Assembly (NCBI RefSeq): GCF_902713615.1
Contig: NW_024055475.1
Span: 124,001 to 188,000 of the forward strand
From: Scyliorhinus canicula
Lineage: Eukaryota
DNA length: 64,000 bases
Direction: 5' to 3'
Positions 21,785-33,674 of the stretch are shown here, piece after piece; within the stretch, counting starts at the first letter, position 1, and each line of letters opens with the position of its first letter. A model generated the notes under the pieces. That model did not search any database. It was not told the origin of the DNA and saw nothing but the letters and a program-made list of their open reading frames with translations. A program made the translations under genes and the position numbers.

Positions 21785-24700
21785 GGTTCAGCAGGCCATT
21801 CAAGGGGAGGAAGTAAATAGGCAAGTTGTAGTTGTAGGGGATTCTATTATCAGAGGGATAGATAGCATCCTTTGTGAGCAGGATAGAGGGTCCCGCATGG
21901 TATGTTGCCTGCCCGGTGCTAGGGTGCGGGACATCTCTGACCGGCTTGAAAGGATATTGGAGAGGGAGGGGGAGGATCCAGTTGTTGTGGTCCATGTCGG
22001 TACCAACAACATAGGCAAGTCTAGGAAAGAGGACCTGTTTAGAGATTATAAAGAGCTAGGATTCAAATTAAAAAACTGGTCCTGAAGGGTCATAATCTCC
22101 GGATTACTGCCCGAGCCACGTGCAAATTGGCATAGGGAGGCAAGAACAAGGGAAGTTAACACGTGGCTGAAAGAGTGGTGTGGGAAAGAGGGGTTCCTTT
22201 TCATGGGACACTGGCATCAGTTTTGGGACAGGGGGGACCTATACCGTTGGGATCGTCTCCACCTGAACCGAGCTGGGACCAGTGTTCTGGCGAAAAGAGT
22301 AAATAGGGTGGTCAATAGGACTTTAAACTAGAGATTGGGGGGGGGGGGGGGGAGTCAGGGAACCAAGAGGTGAAGGAATCAGTGGGAAGCGTAGCTGTTT
22401 AGGATTACAAAAAATCATGAAAAGACAGAGCTCAGGAGAGGTTACGATAGTCCCCATCTCACAAAATATGACACAGTGTATGGAAAGGCTCAGTAAACCA
22501 AGGTCCACCACACTAAGAAAACAAAAAGGGACAGTCAATAGGGAATTAAAGGTGCTATACTTAAATGCCCGCAGTGTACGGAACAAGGTAGATGAGCTTG
22601 TGGCCCAGATTGTGACTGGCAGGTATGATGTGGTAGGCATCACAGAGACGTGGTTGCAGGGGGTTCAGGACTGGCAGTTAAACATCCAGGGATTTACAAC
22701 CTATCGAAAAGACAGAGAGGTGGGTAGAGGGGGCGGGGTTGCCTTGTTAATTAGAAATGAAATTAAATCAATAGCACTAAACGACATAGGGTCAGACGAT
22801 GTGGAGTCTGTGTGGGTAGAGTTGAGGAACCACAAAGGCAAAAAAAACCATAATGGGAGTTATGTACAGGCCTCCTGACAGTGGTCAGGACCAGGGGCAC
22901 AAAATGCACCACGAAATAGAAAGGGCATGTCAGAAAGGCAAGGTCACAGTGATCATGGGGGACTTCAATATGCAGGTGGACTGGGTAAATAATGTTGCCA
23001 GTGGACCCAAAGAAAGGGAATTCATTGAATGTTTACAGGATGGCTTTTTGGAACAGCTTGTGATGGAGCCCACGAGGGAACAGGCTATTCTGGACTTAGT
23101 GTTATGTAATGAGCCAGAATTGATAAAAGATCTTAAAGTAAGGGAACACTTAGGAAGCAGTGATCATAATATGGTAGAATTCAGTCTGCAATTTGAAAGA
23201 AGGAAGGTAGAATCAGATGTAAAGGTTTTACAGTTCAATAAAGGTAATTACAGGCGCATGAGGGAGGAACTGACGAAAATCGACTGGAAGCAGAGCCTAG
23301 TGGGAAAGACAGTAGAACAGCAATGGCAGGAGTTTCTGGGAGTAATTGAGGACACAGTGCAGAGGTTCATCCCAATGAAAAGAAAGGTTATCAGAGGGAG
23401 GATTAGGCAGCCATGGCTGACAAAGGAAGTCAGGGAATGCATCAAGGCAAAAGAGAGAGCCTATAATGTGGCAAAGAGTAGTGGGAAGTCAGAAGATTGG
23501 GAAGGCTACAAAAACAAACAGAGGATAACAAAGAGAGAAATAAGGAAGGAGAGGATCAAATATGAAGGTAGGCTAGCCAGTAACATTAGGAATGATAGTG
23601 AAAGTTTCTTTAAATACATTAAAAACAAACGGGAGGCAAAAGTAGACATTGGGCCGCTCCAAAATGATGCTGGTAATCTAGTGATGGGAGACAAGGAAAT
23701 AGCTGAGGAACTTAATAAGTACTTTGCGTCAGTCTTCACAGTAGAAGACATGAGTAATATCCCAACAATTCAGGAAAGTCAGGGGGCAGAGTTGAATATG
23801 GTTGCCATCACAAAGGAGAAGGTGCTAGAGAAACTAAAAGGTCTGAAAATTGATAAATCTCCGGGCCCAGATGGGCTACATCCTAGAGTTCTAAAGGAGA
23901 TAGCTGAAGAAATAGTGGAGGCGTTAGTTATGATCTTTCAAAAGTCACTGGAATCAGGGAAAGTCCCAGAGGATTGGAAAATCGCTGTTGTAACCCCCCT
24001 GTTCAAGAAGGGAACAAGAAAAAAGATGGAAAATTATAGGCCAATTAGCCTAACCTCGGTTGTTGGCAAAATTCTAGAATCCATCGTTAAGGATGAGATT
24101 TCTAAATTCTTGGAAGTGCAGGGTCGGATTAGGACAAGTCAGCATGGATTTAGTAAGGGGAGGTCGTGCCTGACAAACCTGTTAGAGTTCTTTGAAGAGT
24201 TAACAAATAGGTTAGACCAAGGAGAGCCAATGGATGTTATCTATCTTGACTTCCAAAAGGCCTTTGACAAGGTGCCTCACGGGAGACTGCTGAGTAAAAT
24301 AAGGGCCCATGGTATTCGAGGCAAGGTACTAACATGGATTGACGATTGGCTGTCAGACAGAAGGCAGAGAGTTGGGATAAAAGGTTCTTTTTCGGAATGG
24401 CAACCGGTGACAAGTGGTGTCCCACAGGGTTCAGTGTTGGGGCCACAGCTGTTCTCTTTATATATTAACGATCTAGATGACGGGACTGGGGGCATTCTGG
24501 CCAAGTTTGCCGATGATACAAAGATAGGTGGAGGGGCAGGTAGTATTGAGGAGGTGGGGAGGCTGCAGAAAGATTTAGACAGTTTAGGAGAATGGTCCAA
24601 GAAGTGGCTGATGAAATTCAACGTGGGCAAGTGCGAGGTCTTGCACTTTGGAAAAAAGAATAGAGGCATGGACTATTTTCTAAAAGGTGACAAAATTCAT

Positions 24701-25430
24701 AATGCTAAAGTGCAAAGGGACTTGGGAGTCCTAGTCCAGGATTCTCGAAAGGTAAACTTGCAGGTTGAGTCCGTAATTAAGAAAGCAAATGTAATGTTGT
24801 CATTTATCTCAAGAGGCTTGGAATATAAAAGCAGGGATGTACTTCTGAGGCTTTATAAAGCACTAGTTAGGCCCCATTTAGAATACTGTGAGCAATTTTG
24901 GGCCCCACACCTCAGGAAGGACATACTGGCACTGGAGCGGGTCCAGCGGAGATTCATACGGATGATCCCAGGAATGGTAGGCCTAACATACGATGAACGT
25001 CTGAGGATCGTGGGATTATATTCATTGGAGTTTAGGAGGTTGAGGGGAGATCTAATAGAAACGTACAAGATAATGAATGGCTTGGATAGGATGGACGTAG
25101 GGAAGTTGTTTCCATTAGCAGGGGAGACTAGGACGCGGGGGCACAGCCTTAGAATAAAAGGGAGTCACTTTAGAACAGAGATGAGGAGAAATTTCTTCAG
25201 CCAGAGAGTGGTAGGTCTGTGGAATTCATTGCCACAGAGGGCGGTGGAGGCCGGGACGTTGAGTGTCTTTAAGACAGAAATGGATAAATTTTTGATTTCT
25301 CGAGGAATTAAGGGCTATGGGGAGAGAGCGGGTAAATGGAGTTGAAATCAACCATGATTGAATGGTGGAGTGGACTCGATGGGCCGAATGGCCTTACTTC
25401 CGCTCCTATGTCTTATGGTCTTATGGTCTT
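21785..25430 (+). mobile_element. Near full-length CR1 LINE (5'-truncated ORF1 esterase, ORF2 APE-RT), young
   Basis: GDSIIRG/HVGTNN SGNH-esterase motifs; APE (YLNARS, ITETW, GDFN); RT (YLDFQKAFDKV, FADD); one frameshift at an A-run near 22845; tail (TCTTATGG)n; 7-bp TSD AAACCAT 21778-21784 / 25431-25437. Confidence 0.95.
22853..25345 (+). CDS. CR1 ORF2 reverse transcriptase (main open frame; N-terminal endonuclease in 22417..22878 frame)
   Basis: 830-aa ORF with RT motifs. Confidence 0.85.
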   Translation: MGVMYRPPDSGQDQGHKMHHEIERACQKGKVTVIMGDFNMQVDWVNNVASGPKEREFIECLQDGFLEQLVMEPTREQAILDLVLCNEPELIKDLKVREHLGSSDHNMVEFSLQFERRKVESDVKVLQFNKGNYRRMREELTKIDWKQSLVGKTVEQQWQEFLGVIEDTVQRFIPMKRKVIRGRIRQPWLTKEVRECIKAKERAYNVAKSSGKSEDWEGYKNKQRITKREIRKERIKYEGRLASNIRNDSESFFKYIKNKREAKVDIGPLQNDAGNLVMGDKEIAEELNKYFASVFTVEDMSNIPTIQESQGAELNMVAITKEKVLEKLKGLKIDKSPGPDGLHPRVLKEIAEEIVEALVMIFQKSLESGKVPEDWKIAVVTPLFKKGTRKKMENYRPISLTSVVGKILESIVKDEISKFLEVQGRIRTSQHGFSKGRSCLTNLLEFFEELTNRLDQGEPMDVIYLDFQKAFDKVPHGRLLSKIRAHGIRGKVLTWIDDWLSDRRQRVGIKGSFSEWQPVTSGVPQGSVLGPQLFSLYINDLDDGTGGILAKFADDTKIGGGAGSIEEVGRLQKDLDSLGEWSKKWLMKFNVGKCEVLHFGKKNRGMDYFLKGDKIHNAKVQRDLGVLVQDSRKVNLQVESVIKKANVMLSFISRGLEYKSRDVLLRLYKALVRPHLEYCEQFWAPHLRKDILALERVQRRFIRMIPGMVGLTYDERLRIVGLYSLEFRRLRGDLIETYKIMNGLDRMDVGKLFPLAGETRTRGHSLRIKGSHFRTEMRRNFFSQRVVGLWNSLPQRAVEAGTLSVFKTEMDKFLISRGIKGYGERAGKWS

Positions 25431-25826
25431 AAACCATCGCTGGAATCTTCTGTCTGAATCCTGGGTATGTCAAATGTTAAAAGGACAAGACGACCGAGCT
25501 AACAATCAGGAGCACAATGATTAAAATTAAACTGTTAGCAGATACAATAAGAGAGGGTTACTGAATTAGAGGGGGCTGGGGGAGATAGTTCAGTTTAATT
25601 TCGTTCAGGCGAGTCCAGCGAGTGGAGGAGGATGGACTGGGGAACTGTGTGTGTGTTCGCCATGTTGGCTGGGAATAGTTGTTGGTTGGGGGGGGGGGGG
25701 GGGGGGTGGTATTCACTGAGTTATGTTTACAGTTGTAATTGTCGTTCTGAAATCATAAATGCCTTAATAAAATGTTTTTCAAAAACAAGTAAGACGATAA
25801 TTTCCGACCGCGCCGTGTATTTATGT

Positions 25827-26150
25827 GGGCAGCACGGTAGCACAGTGGTTAGCACTGTTGCTTCACAGATCTAAGGTCCCAGGTATGAATCCCGGCTTCG
25901 GTTACTTTTTGTGCGGAGTCTGCACGTTCTCCCCGTATCTGCGTGGGTTTCCTCCGGCTGCTCCGGTTTCCTCCCACAGCCCAAAGATGTGCAAGTTCGG
26001 TGCATTGGCCATGCTAAATGCCCACAAAGGTTGTGTTACGTTTCGGGAATGCGATAGAGGTGTGTGCTTGGGTAGAGTGCTCTTTCCTGGGACCGGTGCG
26101 AACTCGATGGGCCGGTGGCCTGCTTCTACACTGTGGATTCTATGAGTCTA
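25827..26150 (+). mobile_element. HE1-like SINE
   Basis: GGGCAGCACGGTAGCACAG head and body. Confidence 0.85.
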
Positions 26151-27512
26151 TGAAATAGGTGCAGGGAGGGTCAGTTCAATCTGGTTCCTTCTCGCTGGAT
26201 GGAAGTGCCTTCCCTCTATTTTGTTCTCAGTGACTCGAGCAATGAGCAGGTGCAGGTTACCCCTCGCTATTTCCGCTCCCTCACTTGCGAATGCAGCTGA
26301 CGACCGCCGCACATTTTTAATCAGCTTTGAGTCTGCGGTGTCCCCGGTCATAGTTTCCGTTTGTTGATCCCGCTCTGACAGCGTGGTGATATTCTAAACA
26401 TTGTTGTCACTGGGCGATTCCTGTCATTGGTTTGAGCAGTGGACCTGAATCGGCATTTCTGCTCTGACAGATAATTGCCTGAGAGCAACTAATTCAGGAA
26501 CTATCACGGGAACCGCCACTCAGCTCTCCTCAACATCTCACCTCACGGAGGAAACCCCATTCTCCCCGCATTGTGGAACCTGATATTATTGTTAATTGAA
26601 TAACAATGATGATGGTGGGGCTGGCCGTTATGAAATGAAAATCACTTATTGTCACGAGTAGGCTTCAATGACTGTGGAAAGCCCCTAGTCGCCACATTCC
26701 GGCGCCTGTCCGGGGAGGCTGGTACGGGAATCGACCCGTGTTGCTGGTCTGCTTGGTCTTCTTTAAAAGCCAGCGATTTAGCCCAGTGAGCTAAACCAGC
26801 CCCTATGCTGGGTAATATGAGGCTGGTGTTGAATTTTATTTGATTAGTTTTGATTGTTTATGTCAGCCTGGAGCCACCAGGACCCTGGGGAACAGCGGGG
26901 AGGCTGAAATCCGGTTGAAGAGACAGTGACGTCACACGACAGTTGCCAGTCGATACAATAGATCCTGACAGATACAGTCAGCATCCGGGTAGCCTGCACC
27001 GTTCATGTTTCGGCTGTTTGGCGGGAATCTGCAGCAGAAAGGTATAAATTATCTTAATGTGACTAACATACAGATAAATAACTGTATACAACCAGATATT
27101 GTTAGCGACCGAGGCACAGCACAGTTGAGCTGTGTGACTGTAGGAACAAGAAGGATCTACAATAGTGTAAACAACTCAACGCAGCAGCAGGTGCGCGGAA
27201 CTGATGATCAGACGTTTTTTTCATTTCCGCAGAGACGGCCAATCCCCTGATTACCAGCGAAACTCGGGTGAAAGGCAACGTCAGTAATATTGGCCCCCGT
27301 GACAGTGCAGCAAAAAATCTAAGGACGATACAAATACAAGGCTGTAGCGTTCCAGGGTCTTCATGACTTGTGGATGTATTCGAGCTCCGGCAGTTTTATA
27401 GCCCTCACCGTGGGGCTCACCCTTCTGAAGCACGTCCCTTATCTAAGTGACTCTCCAGCAACAGGCAAGAGATGAGTTTTCGATCGAAAAATCGATTTTA
27501 TACTGAAGCCTA

Positions 27513-27900
27513 ATGCAGACCCCATGGTCCTGCATGATAACAATAATAGTGCTGCTCCGTCAGTCTGTGAAAGTTCTTATTCTGAATTCCATGTGTGAAA
27601 TACAACAGCAGAGATTGACACACTCTTTTGTTACAGGAACTAACGGGGTAGACTCAGCGGCCTTGGGCTCATCTGAGTTAACTGTTCTGGAAGAACAATC
27701 TTTAACTTCCAGCTACATTATCTCCACATCTGAGAGCTGTTATTACCGTTGCTGGTAGCCCGGTATTCCAAGTTTTAATTTACCATGTACATTGCTGCAT
27801 GGAAATGAGTCGCGTATTTTCCCAAACTGCTCATCTGTTCACCCGCAGAAGAGCAGAGACACCAATATAACTGAATGATGAATAGACCTGACTGTGTTGC
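27513..27900 (+). pseudogene. Decayed V pseudogene (leader 27513-27558, V from 27637)
   Basis: MQTPWSCMITIIVLL|GTCAGT; ttacag|GA ACT AAC GGG GTA GAC (TNGVDS...SELTVLEEQ); TGG TAG stop; no RSS seen. Confidence 0.75.
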
Positions 27901-27974
27901 TGAATCCAGGATCAAACAATTCCCACAGACAGGAGCAGCAAAGCAGATTTAGTGAAGCTGTGACTACTCGCCGA

Positions 27975-28013
27975 GGTTTTTGTACGGGGCACCAGCTGTT
28001 ATCTAACGCTGTG
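27975..28013 (-). other. 23-RSS (CACAGCG-23-ACAAAAACC)
   Basis: Heptamer 28007-28013, nonamer 27975-27983. Confidence 0.92.
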
Positions 28014-28517
28014 CCTCACTGCACAGTAATAGACCGCCCCGTCCTCCACACTGAGATCGCTGATATTGAGGTAACCGTTCTGTTTAGACTTGTCAGCAGC
28101 CGCTAGATATCGTCCTGAAACTGCATCATCCTTCAGATCGAATAATTTGCTAATAATCCGGATTGGTGGCTGTGCCGCTTTCTTATGATACCATTGCATG
28201 TACTGCATATTCGAGTCTGCATATTCACAATCCAGCCGCACCGAAACCCCTTCTGACACGGTTTTTGTCACCGGTGATTGAGTTACTGGATCTGCGCTTA
28301 GTCCGCCTGCGAAGGGAAATAAATGAAACATCGATAGGTTAAAAGAATTCACCTAAATTTGTTTGTATATCTGTGAGTTTGTGGAAACTCAACTATGTGG
28401 ATATTTCTGATCGTTAATTATATTCAATGTAATTGCATTCAGAAACTGCTAATCTGGCTTGACGACCATTTTCCATTATTTACCGTCCAACAGGGCCGCC
28501 AGTATGAACAGAAACAT
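28014..28517 (-). CDS. TRAV: TCR alpha/delta V gene (leader 28484-28517, V exon 28014-28306); apparently functional
   Basis: MFLFILAALLDG|GLSADPVTQSPV...RLDCEY...QWYHKK...EDGAVYYCAVR. Confidence 0.92.
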
Positions 28518-28639
28518 GTCTGACTGAACCTCTCTGAGTGAATGGGACTGGGATGAGGCAGAGATTGAGAGGAGAGAGGGAACCCGCGCTCTGTTCAGCT
28601 CATTGATCCACCCACACACTGCAGGGGACCAGGCCCATT

Positions 28640-28650
28640 CTGACATCACT
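28640..28650 (-). promoter_or_regulatory. CRE-like TCR V promoter decamer AGTGATGTCA (also near 15075-15085; variant near 21530)
   Basis: TGACATCACT on the plus strand about 125 bp upstream of the minus-strand leader; matches the known TCR V promoter decamer AGTGAYRTCA. Confidence 0.55.
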
Positions 28651-29262
28651 CAGACCACGACGTCTATTGGTTTTGACGGTGCCGTCACGGAACTTCATCA
28701 TCCCCATGTTTGAAGTTGGCGCCTTCTGGTGCCGGAATAGTTTCATTCCTATTTGAATGCAGCCACTGAATGGATTGAGGGTGCATTGAAATACACAAGA
28801 AGACATGAATGTCTCCCTGAAATCTAAACTAGATCTGCTAGGAAACAGTTTTTACTACTGTTGATGTTTGTGTCAGAAACGGACATTAAATCGATGAAAT
28901 CTTTGCTGCCCGTTTCTTTCCAAATCCTGTGCACGACAAATGAGGAGTAGTATTAGGACGTTGGAGAAAGATGTTATATATTTAAATATTAACAGGGGCG
29001 AGGGCCGTTTATGCAAAGACCAGAGAATTCTGGGTTCATTTGCTTGTAAGAATAGAGGAAGAAGGAAGACTCAAATCGTTTTGCTGTAATTGTTCCCATT
29101 AGCAGCAGATCCAATGACAAATCATCCCGATTTGATAGAAAAATATGATAGAGAATGATGTATTTATTCATAATATTCCGATTTGTTAACATCTAGAACA
29201 CAACGCGAAAATTATGAAAGAAGATTCAATAAGAACTGCCAAAAGGTGACTGTCATAATCTG

Positions 29263-29454
29263 TAAGAAGTCTTACAACACCAGGTTAAAGTCCAACAGGT
29301 TTGTTTCAAACACGAGCTTTCGGAGCACGGCTCCTTCTTCAGGTGAGCCGTGCTCCGAAAGCTCGTGTTTGAAACAAACCTGTTGGACTTTAACCTGGTG
29401 TTGTAAGACTTCTTACTGTGCTCACCCCAGTCCAACGCCGGCATCTCCACATCA
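29263..29454 (+). mobile_element. Penelope-derived palindromic element
   Basis: Inverted arms; 12-bp TSD TGTCATAATCTG at 29251-29262 and 29455-29466. Confidence 0.85.
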
Positions 29455-30800
29455 TGTCATAATCTGAGAATGGAAAGCAATATGGAAAATGTGGGGTGCG
29501 AAAGACGATTGGGACAGCATTTTCAAATAGGCATGTGCCGAATGTTCATTCCGTTCCCTAATTTTTGATACTTCTGGGCGATTCATGCCAGTCCCCCACT
29601 AATTGTTCTCACTCACATGAGCAGTGAACAGGTGCAGGATGCTCACAAGTCTCCAGAGATTCAACCGTCGCTATTTCCGCTCCGGCAATCCCGCCTGCAG
29701 ATGATACCAGCCGCACAATCTGACTACTTTAGAATCTGCGGTGTCCCGGGGCGCAGCCTCCGTTTGCTGTTCTCATTTCCATTCTGAAACGATTGTGCTG
29801 TTGGGGAAATTGCTGCACATGACCCATTCGTGGCATCGGATAGGAATTGAACAAACGAATGTGATATAAAGTAGGATTATTAGTTCGAATAATGTAGATG
29901 ATAGAGCCGGTCTGATGGTAGTGAGTTCACAGACAAATAACAAAGGAATTCAGCAAAGCATGGCCAGAAAGGTGGAGGGGAGCCTCGTGCAGAGGATGGT
30001 GAAAAGGATGCTGGGTAACAAGAGGCCCATGGTTGAGGAATCTGAAGTGAACCATTCAGGATATATGGCCAGGTCAGGAGGTGTATAGGATGACCTATGG
30101 GAATCTTGTATGTGAAACGTGATGCCTTTTGAATATGTGCAGAGATTTCTTTGTCTTGGTCCTCAGTCGGTTCTGGGAGCTTCAGGAGACTGTATGTGTT
30201 CTGAATCTCTATAGAGCGGGTCAGCCTTGCAAGTTGATTAAAAATAAATAATACTATACCTACAGATTCCTCTCGAGTTTTATTGAGACCAGACTGTCAG
30301 CAAAATAATCAGGATTATCACAAGCACATGGAAGGAGAGCATATGGGGGATAGTGTGTGAGAGAGAGAGAGAAAGATTTGAAGCAAAACTCTGAGCAGAA
30401 GGTCAAGAAAGAGAAAGATACTGAAATAGGTTTAGCCTCACTGGGTAACGATTACATTTGGTTAACTGTAAATGTGAGCCTCTGCTTGGGTGTCTGTACG
30501 AAAGTGTTTGCATGTGCGTCTGGTGTGTGTGTAAGTGCATCGATGGAAGGCCAACCTCAAGCGGATTAGCACAGAAAGAGCTTTGAGTGTTCATGCAGTA
30601 ATAGGGCACCAGCATCACTGATTGGTTCACTGTTAGTCCCATTTCTGAGAGAGCAGCCAATCCTCTTCCTCGGCAGCTGTCCCTTAGATTCACAATAAGC
30701 GAAACATGCCCAATTCTATGTTCACTCTTCAATGTCAGTCTATAACATTCAGAATATTTAAAATATTCTGATTTGTTAGCTGAAATCTAAACCACCTGCC

Positions 30801-31243
30801 ATATTTCTCCTATGTCCTTTCCCGCTAATCATGGTCGTGTTGCCCGGTGAGTGGATTGTTGAGTCGTTTCTATGTTCCATTGTTTGCATTTACTGTGATG
30901 TCTGACAAAGGTTGGTCTTTGTTTTAGAATTAGTGGATGGATTCAATGTCCCAGAGATGATTCAGGAAGGACAGACCGTAACACAAAACTGCAATTACTA
31001 TACATCGGATAGCTATCCCTCCCTCTTTGGTACATTCACTATTCTACAGAAGCTCCGGGATCCTTAATGAGGAGGTATGGAAAGGGGTAGCGGGCTAGTT
31101 CTCCAGAATAACAAGAGCGGTTTTTTCTTTGCTGATTTCGACCAGGACAATGAAACAGTCCCTTTACATCTTAGTTAAGCTTCTGTCCCTGACTCTGCCG
31201 CGTGTCTCTGTGAGCCTAGATGCATTCAGTCCGTAGAAAAACC
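30801..31243 (+). pseudogene. TCR V pseudogene (leader relic 30801-30846 with ATA start, V from 30928; heptamer deleted)
   Basis: EGQTVTQNCNYYTSDSYP..FWYIHYSTEAP...NETVPLHLS*ASVPDSAACLC; stops and frameshifts; nonamer relic AGAAAAACC. Confidence 0.8.
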
Positions 31244-31919
31244 GGCAAGGCACTCTAATCCCCTCTCACTGAATCGGATCACGAAAGTGAAGCTCAGATT
31301 CATATCACAGATCAAACCCAATTTGTAAAATAGCTGTCAGCAGAACCCAAACTGAGTGGCGTTGCCTGAGAAGGCAACGCTGTTGAGCATAAAACTGAGT
31401 CCTGCACCAGATACACTGTAGCGTCCAGAAATGTGTCCCTGGGAATGTGGATAACAGGGTGAAGGTATGAGGGAGCTTCAGCATTGCTGTTCCACCACAA
31501 GTAGGAGAGTGCGCATGCGTCAGTGCTTCCGTCTGAGGAAAGTCAGACTGCAGTCTCTGTGACGTCACTCTGTACTATCTGTGACGTCAGTCTGTCGATT
31601 CTTTGTGACGTCAGAGTTACCCTGTTCCATGGAGCTGATCCTAACATTAAACCCTGTTTTTAAAAAGAATAAACAAAGAAAAGGCGTAGGAAAGACTAAT
31701 TAACCGATACGTTTATTTCGAGCTGCATCTACCTGTCATTTTAAAGATTCTATTTTGTTTATTTTTTCAGCCGCTTCTGGAACCGGTATCCTGACGTTTT
31801 CATTGGTTTGTTGGCAGTATTTGGTTTGAGAGGCTGACAGCGCTGCTCATATTACGGGTTAATCTGCCCGAGATTCTGTAGAACCCCCAAACAGACAGGA
31901 GAAATGAGCTACTGTCCAA

Positions 31920-32249
31920 GGTAAACGTACAGGGGTAAGACTGCTTTCCATCACAATTCCCACAGACAGAAAGCAGTAATAGACGGCACAGTCAGGTGCC
32001 GCCCCTTGAAGCTTCAACTGGTGAATTGAGTTGAGGTCTCGAATTCTACCGAGAAATATGGTTTGGCAAAACTTTCATTTACCCACCCAGAATTCCTGCA
32101 GTGCAACTTCGCGCGCTGTGTATCTGGTGCTCTTGTGCCAGAATAAATAATGAAGCTGATGTTGCATATACCTTTTTCAGTTTTCCCTTCTACAACTGTC
32201 TTTAGATCTAAGGACAGCTACTGACAAACAGAGCCTCCATGACCTGGAT
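31920..32249 (-). pseudogene. TCR V pseudogene with degenerate 23-RSS (31920-31958)
   Basis: ttttag|..GHGGSVCQ*...TVVEGKTEKGICN..FWHK...PDCAVYYC; AATTGTG-23-ACGTTTACC. Confidence 0.75.
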
Positions 32250-33149
32250 CTAAAAGCATATTCAAACAAGGAATTATCAGACCGGCGGGTGTTTAATATT
32301 CTGATTCATACCCTATTTTGGAAATTGGAGAAAATGCGGAAGGTGTTTAGTCCACAATTACCTGTCAGAAATATTCCCACAATATCCTGATGCTACGTCA
32401 CATTCTGCTCGCTATCCGCTCTGTCAAAGGAGTGTTGAGTATTTGAAGACACCGATCCTGATCCTACCATCAATAATCTGCTGTAAGGTCTTAGGATTCT
32501 ATCGCCTCACTGCCATTTGCTCGCTGTGCGGTTGTGAAACGGATGAATAGTGAAGTGACTGCGAGTGAACAGAAACATATCGGGCTCGGGCTCGGCTGCA
32601 GTGCCGTGTCCTTTTCGGGGGCTGGTTCTGTTGGAGGAGATGGGTGAGAAGAAAAACTTTCTTTAGACACTTTAAGACAGAAACCCTGGGTTATGAAAGA
32701 TGGTGGAAAATATGATAGATATAAAAAGACACTCCAAAAGGCCATGAACATCGAGGGAGATTGATGCATGGGGTGTGTTTTAACACTCGATGTTCCTAAT
32801 TTGAAAATTTTAATCTTTTCATTAAAACAATCCGGACAACTAAAACACGCTGTTCATATGGAGTTTGTGCGCGGTCGTGATCAAAAGGATCGGCATACTA
32901 ACGGGAAGACGGAGGAAAATGTCCACAATAAATCAGACAGACACAGAAATAACATCAAAAGGAAAAAACGAGGTGACACCAGAAATCTATTTGTGACTCT
33001 CATTTTTATTATAACTGTGAGCTGAAAGCGACTACTTTAATTCCCTAAGTGGCCCTTGCCTGGTTTTGTTGAGTGCCCCGTCTTGCTCAGAAATTATGAA
33101 AAGTCTCGTTGGCTTTCACTGTGGAGGTTGAATATTTATCGGCGAGAGA

Positions 33150-33163
33150 ACGCCCTCTGGTGG
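33150..33163 (-). promoter_or_regulatory. CTCF-like motif 25 bp downstream of the RSS
   Basis: CCACCAGAGGGCGT on the minus strand. Confidence 0.7.
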
Positions 33164-33188
33164 GAACTAACTGGAACTCTCAGTGTGG

Positions 33189-33227
33189 GGTTATTGTACG
33201 GCATCTGCTATATCTCTGTGCAGTGTG
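33189..33227 (-). other. 23-RSS (CACACTG-23-ACAATAACC)
   Basis: Heptamer 33221-33227, nonamer 33189-33197. Confidence 0.9.
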
Positions 33228-33674
33228 GGCAACATGGCACAGAAATACACGGCACAGTCGGAGAGAAGGGCCCCGGTGATAGTTAAAGGAACCGTTGTGT
33301 TTTCTTTATGCAAAACCGCCAAGAACCTCGCTGGTAAATTTGGCGAAATATTTACATCCCCAGAGCTATATATTGCCATTAAATATTTTGGAGCTTTCCC
33401 GGGATACTGGATGTACCAGAACAGAGTTTGAAGAGCAGCTGTCGAGTATCTACAATCCAGTGTTACGTTCTGTCCTTCCAGAACCTTTAATTCAGATCGA
33501 TCCTGGAACACTGCGTCTTCGCCATTTGTTCCTGTAACAAGACACATAATGTTTCAAACGTCTGGGAGTGAACATAACATATGGAACATGTGTATGTGTG
33601 ATATTGAATATTATAGTAAATATTGACTCACTGGGCAGGATGATGAGAATCACCATAAAGCAATATGAGAACAT
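33228..33674 (-). CDS. TRAV: TCR alpha/delta V gene (leader 33632-33674, V exon 33228-33531); apparently functional
   Basis: MFSYCFMVILIILP-R|TNGEDAVFQ...TLDCRY...LFWYIQYPGKAPKYL...LSDCAVYFCAMLP; 100-bp intron. Confidence 0.92.
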
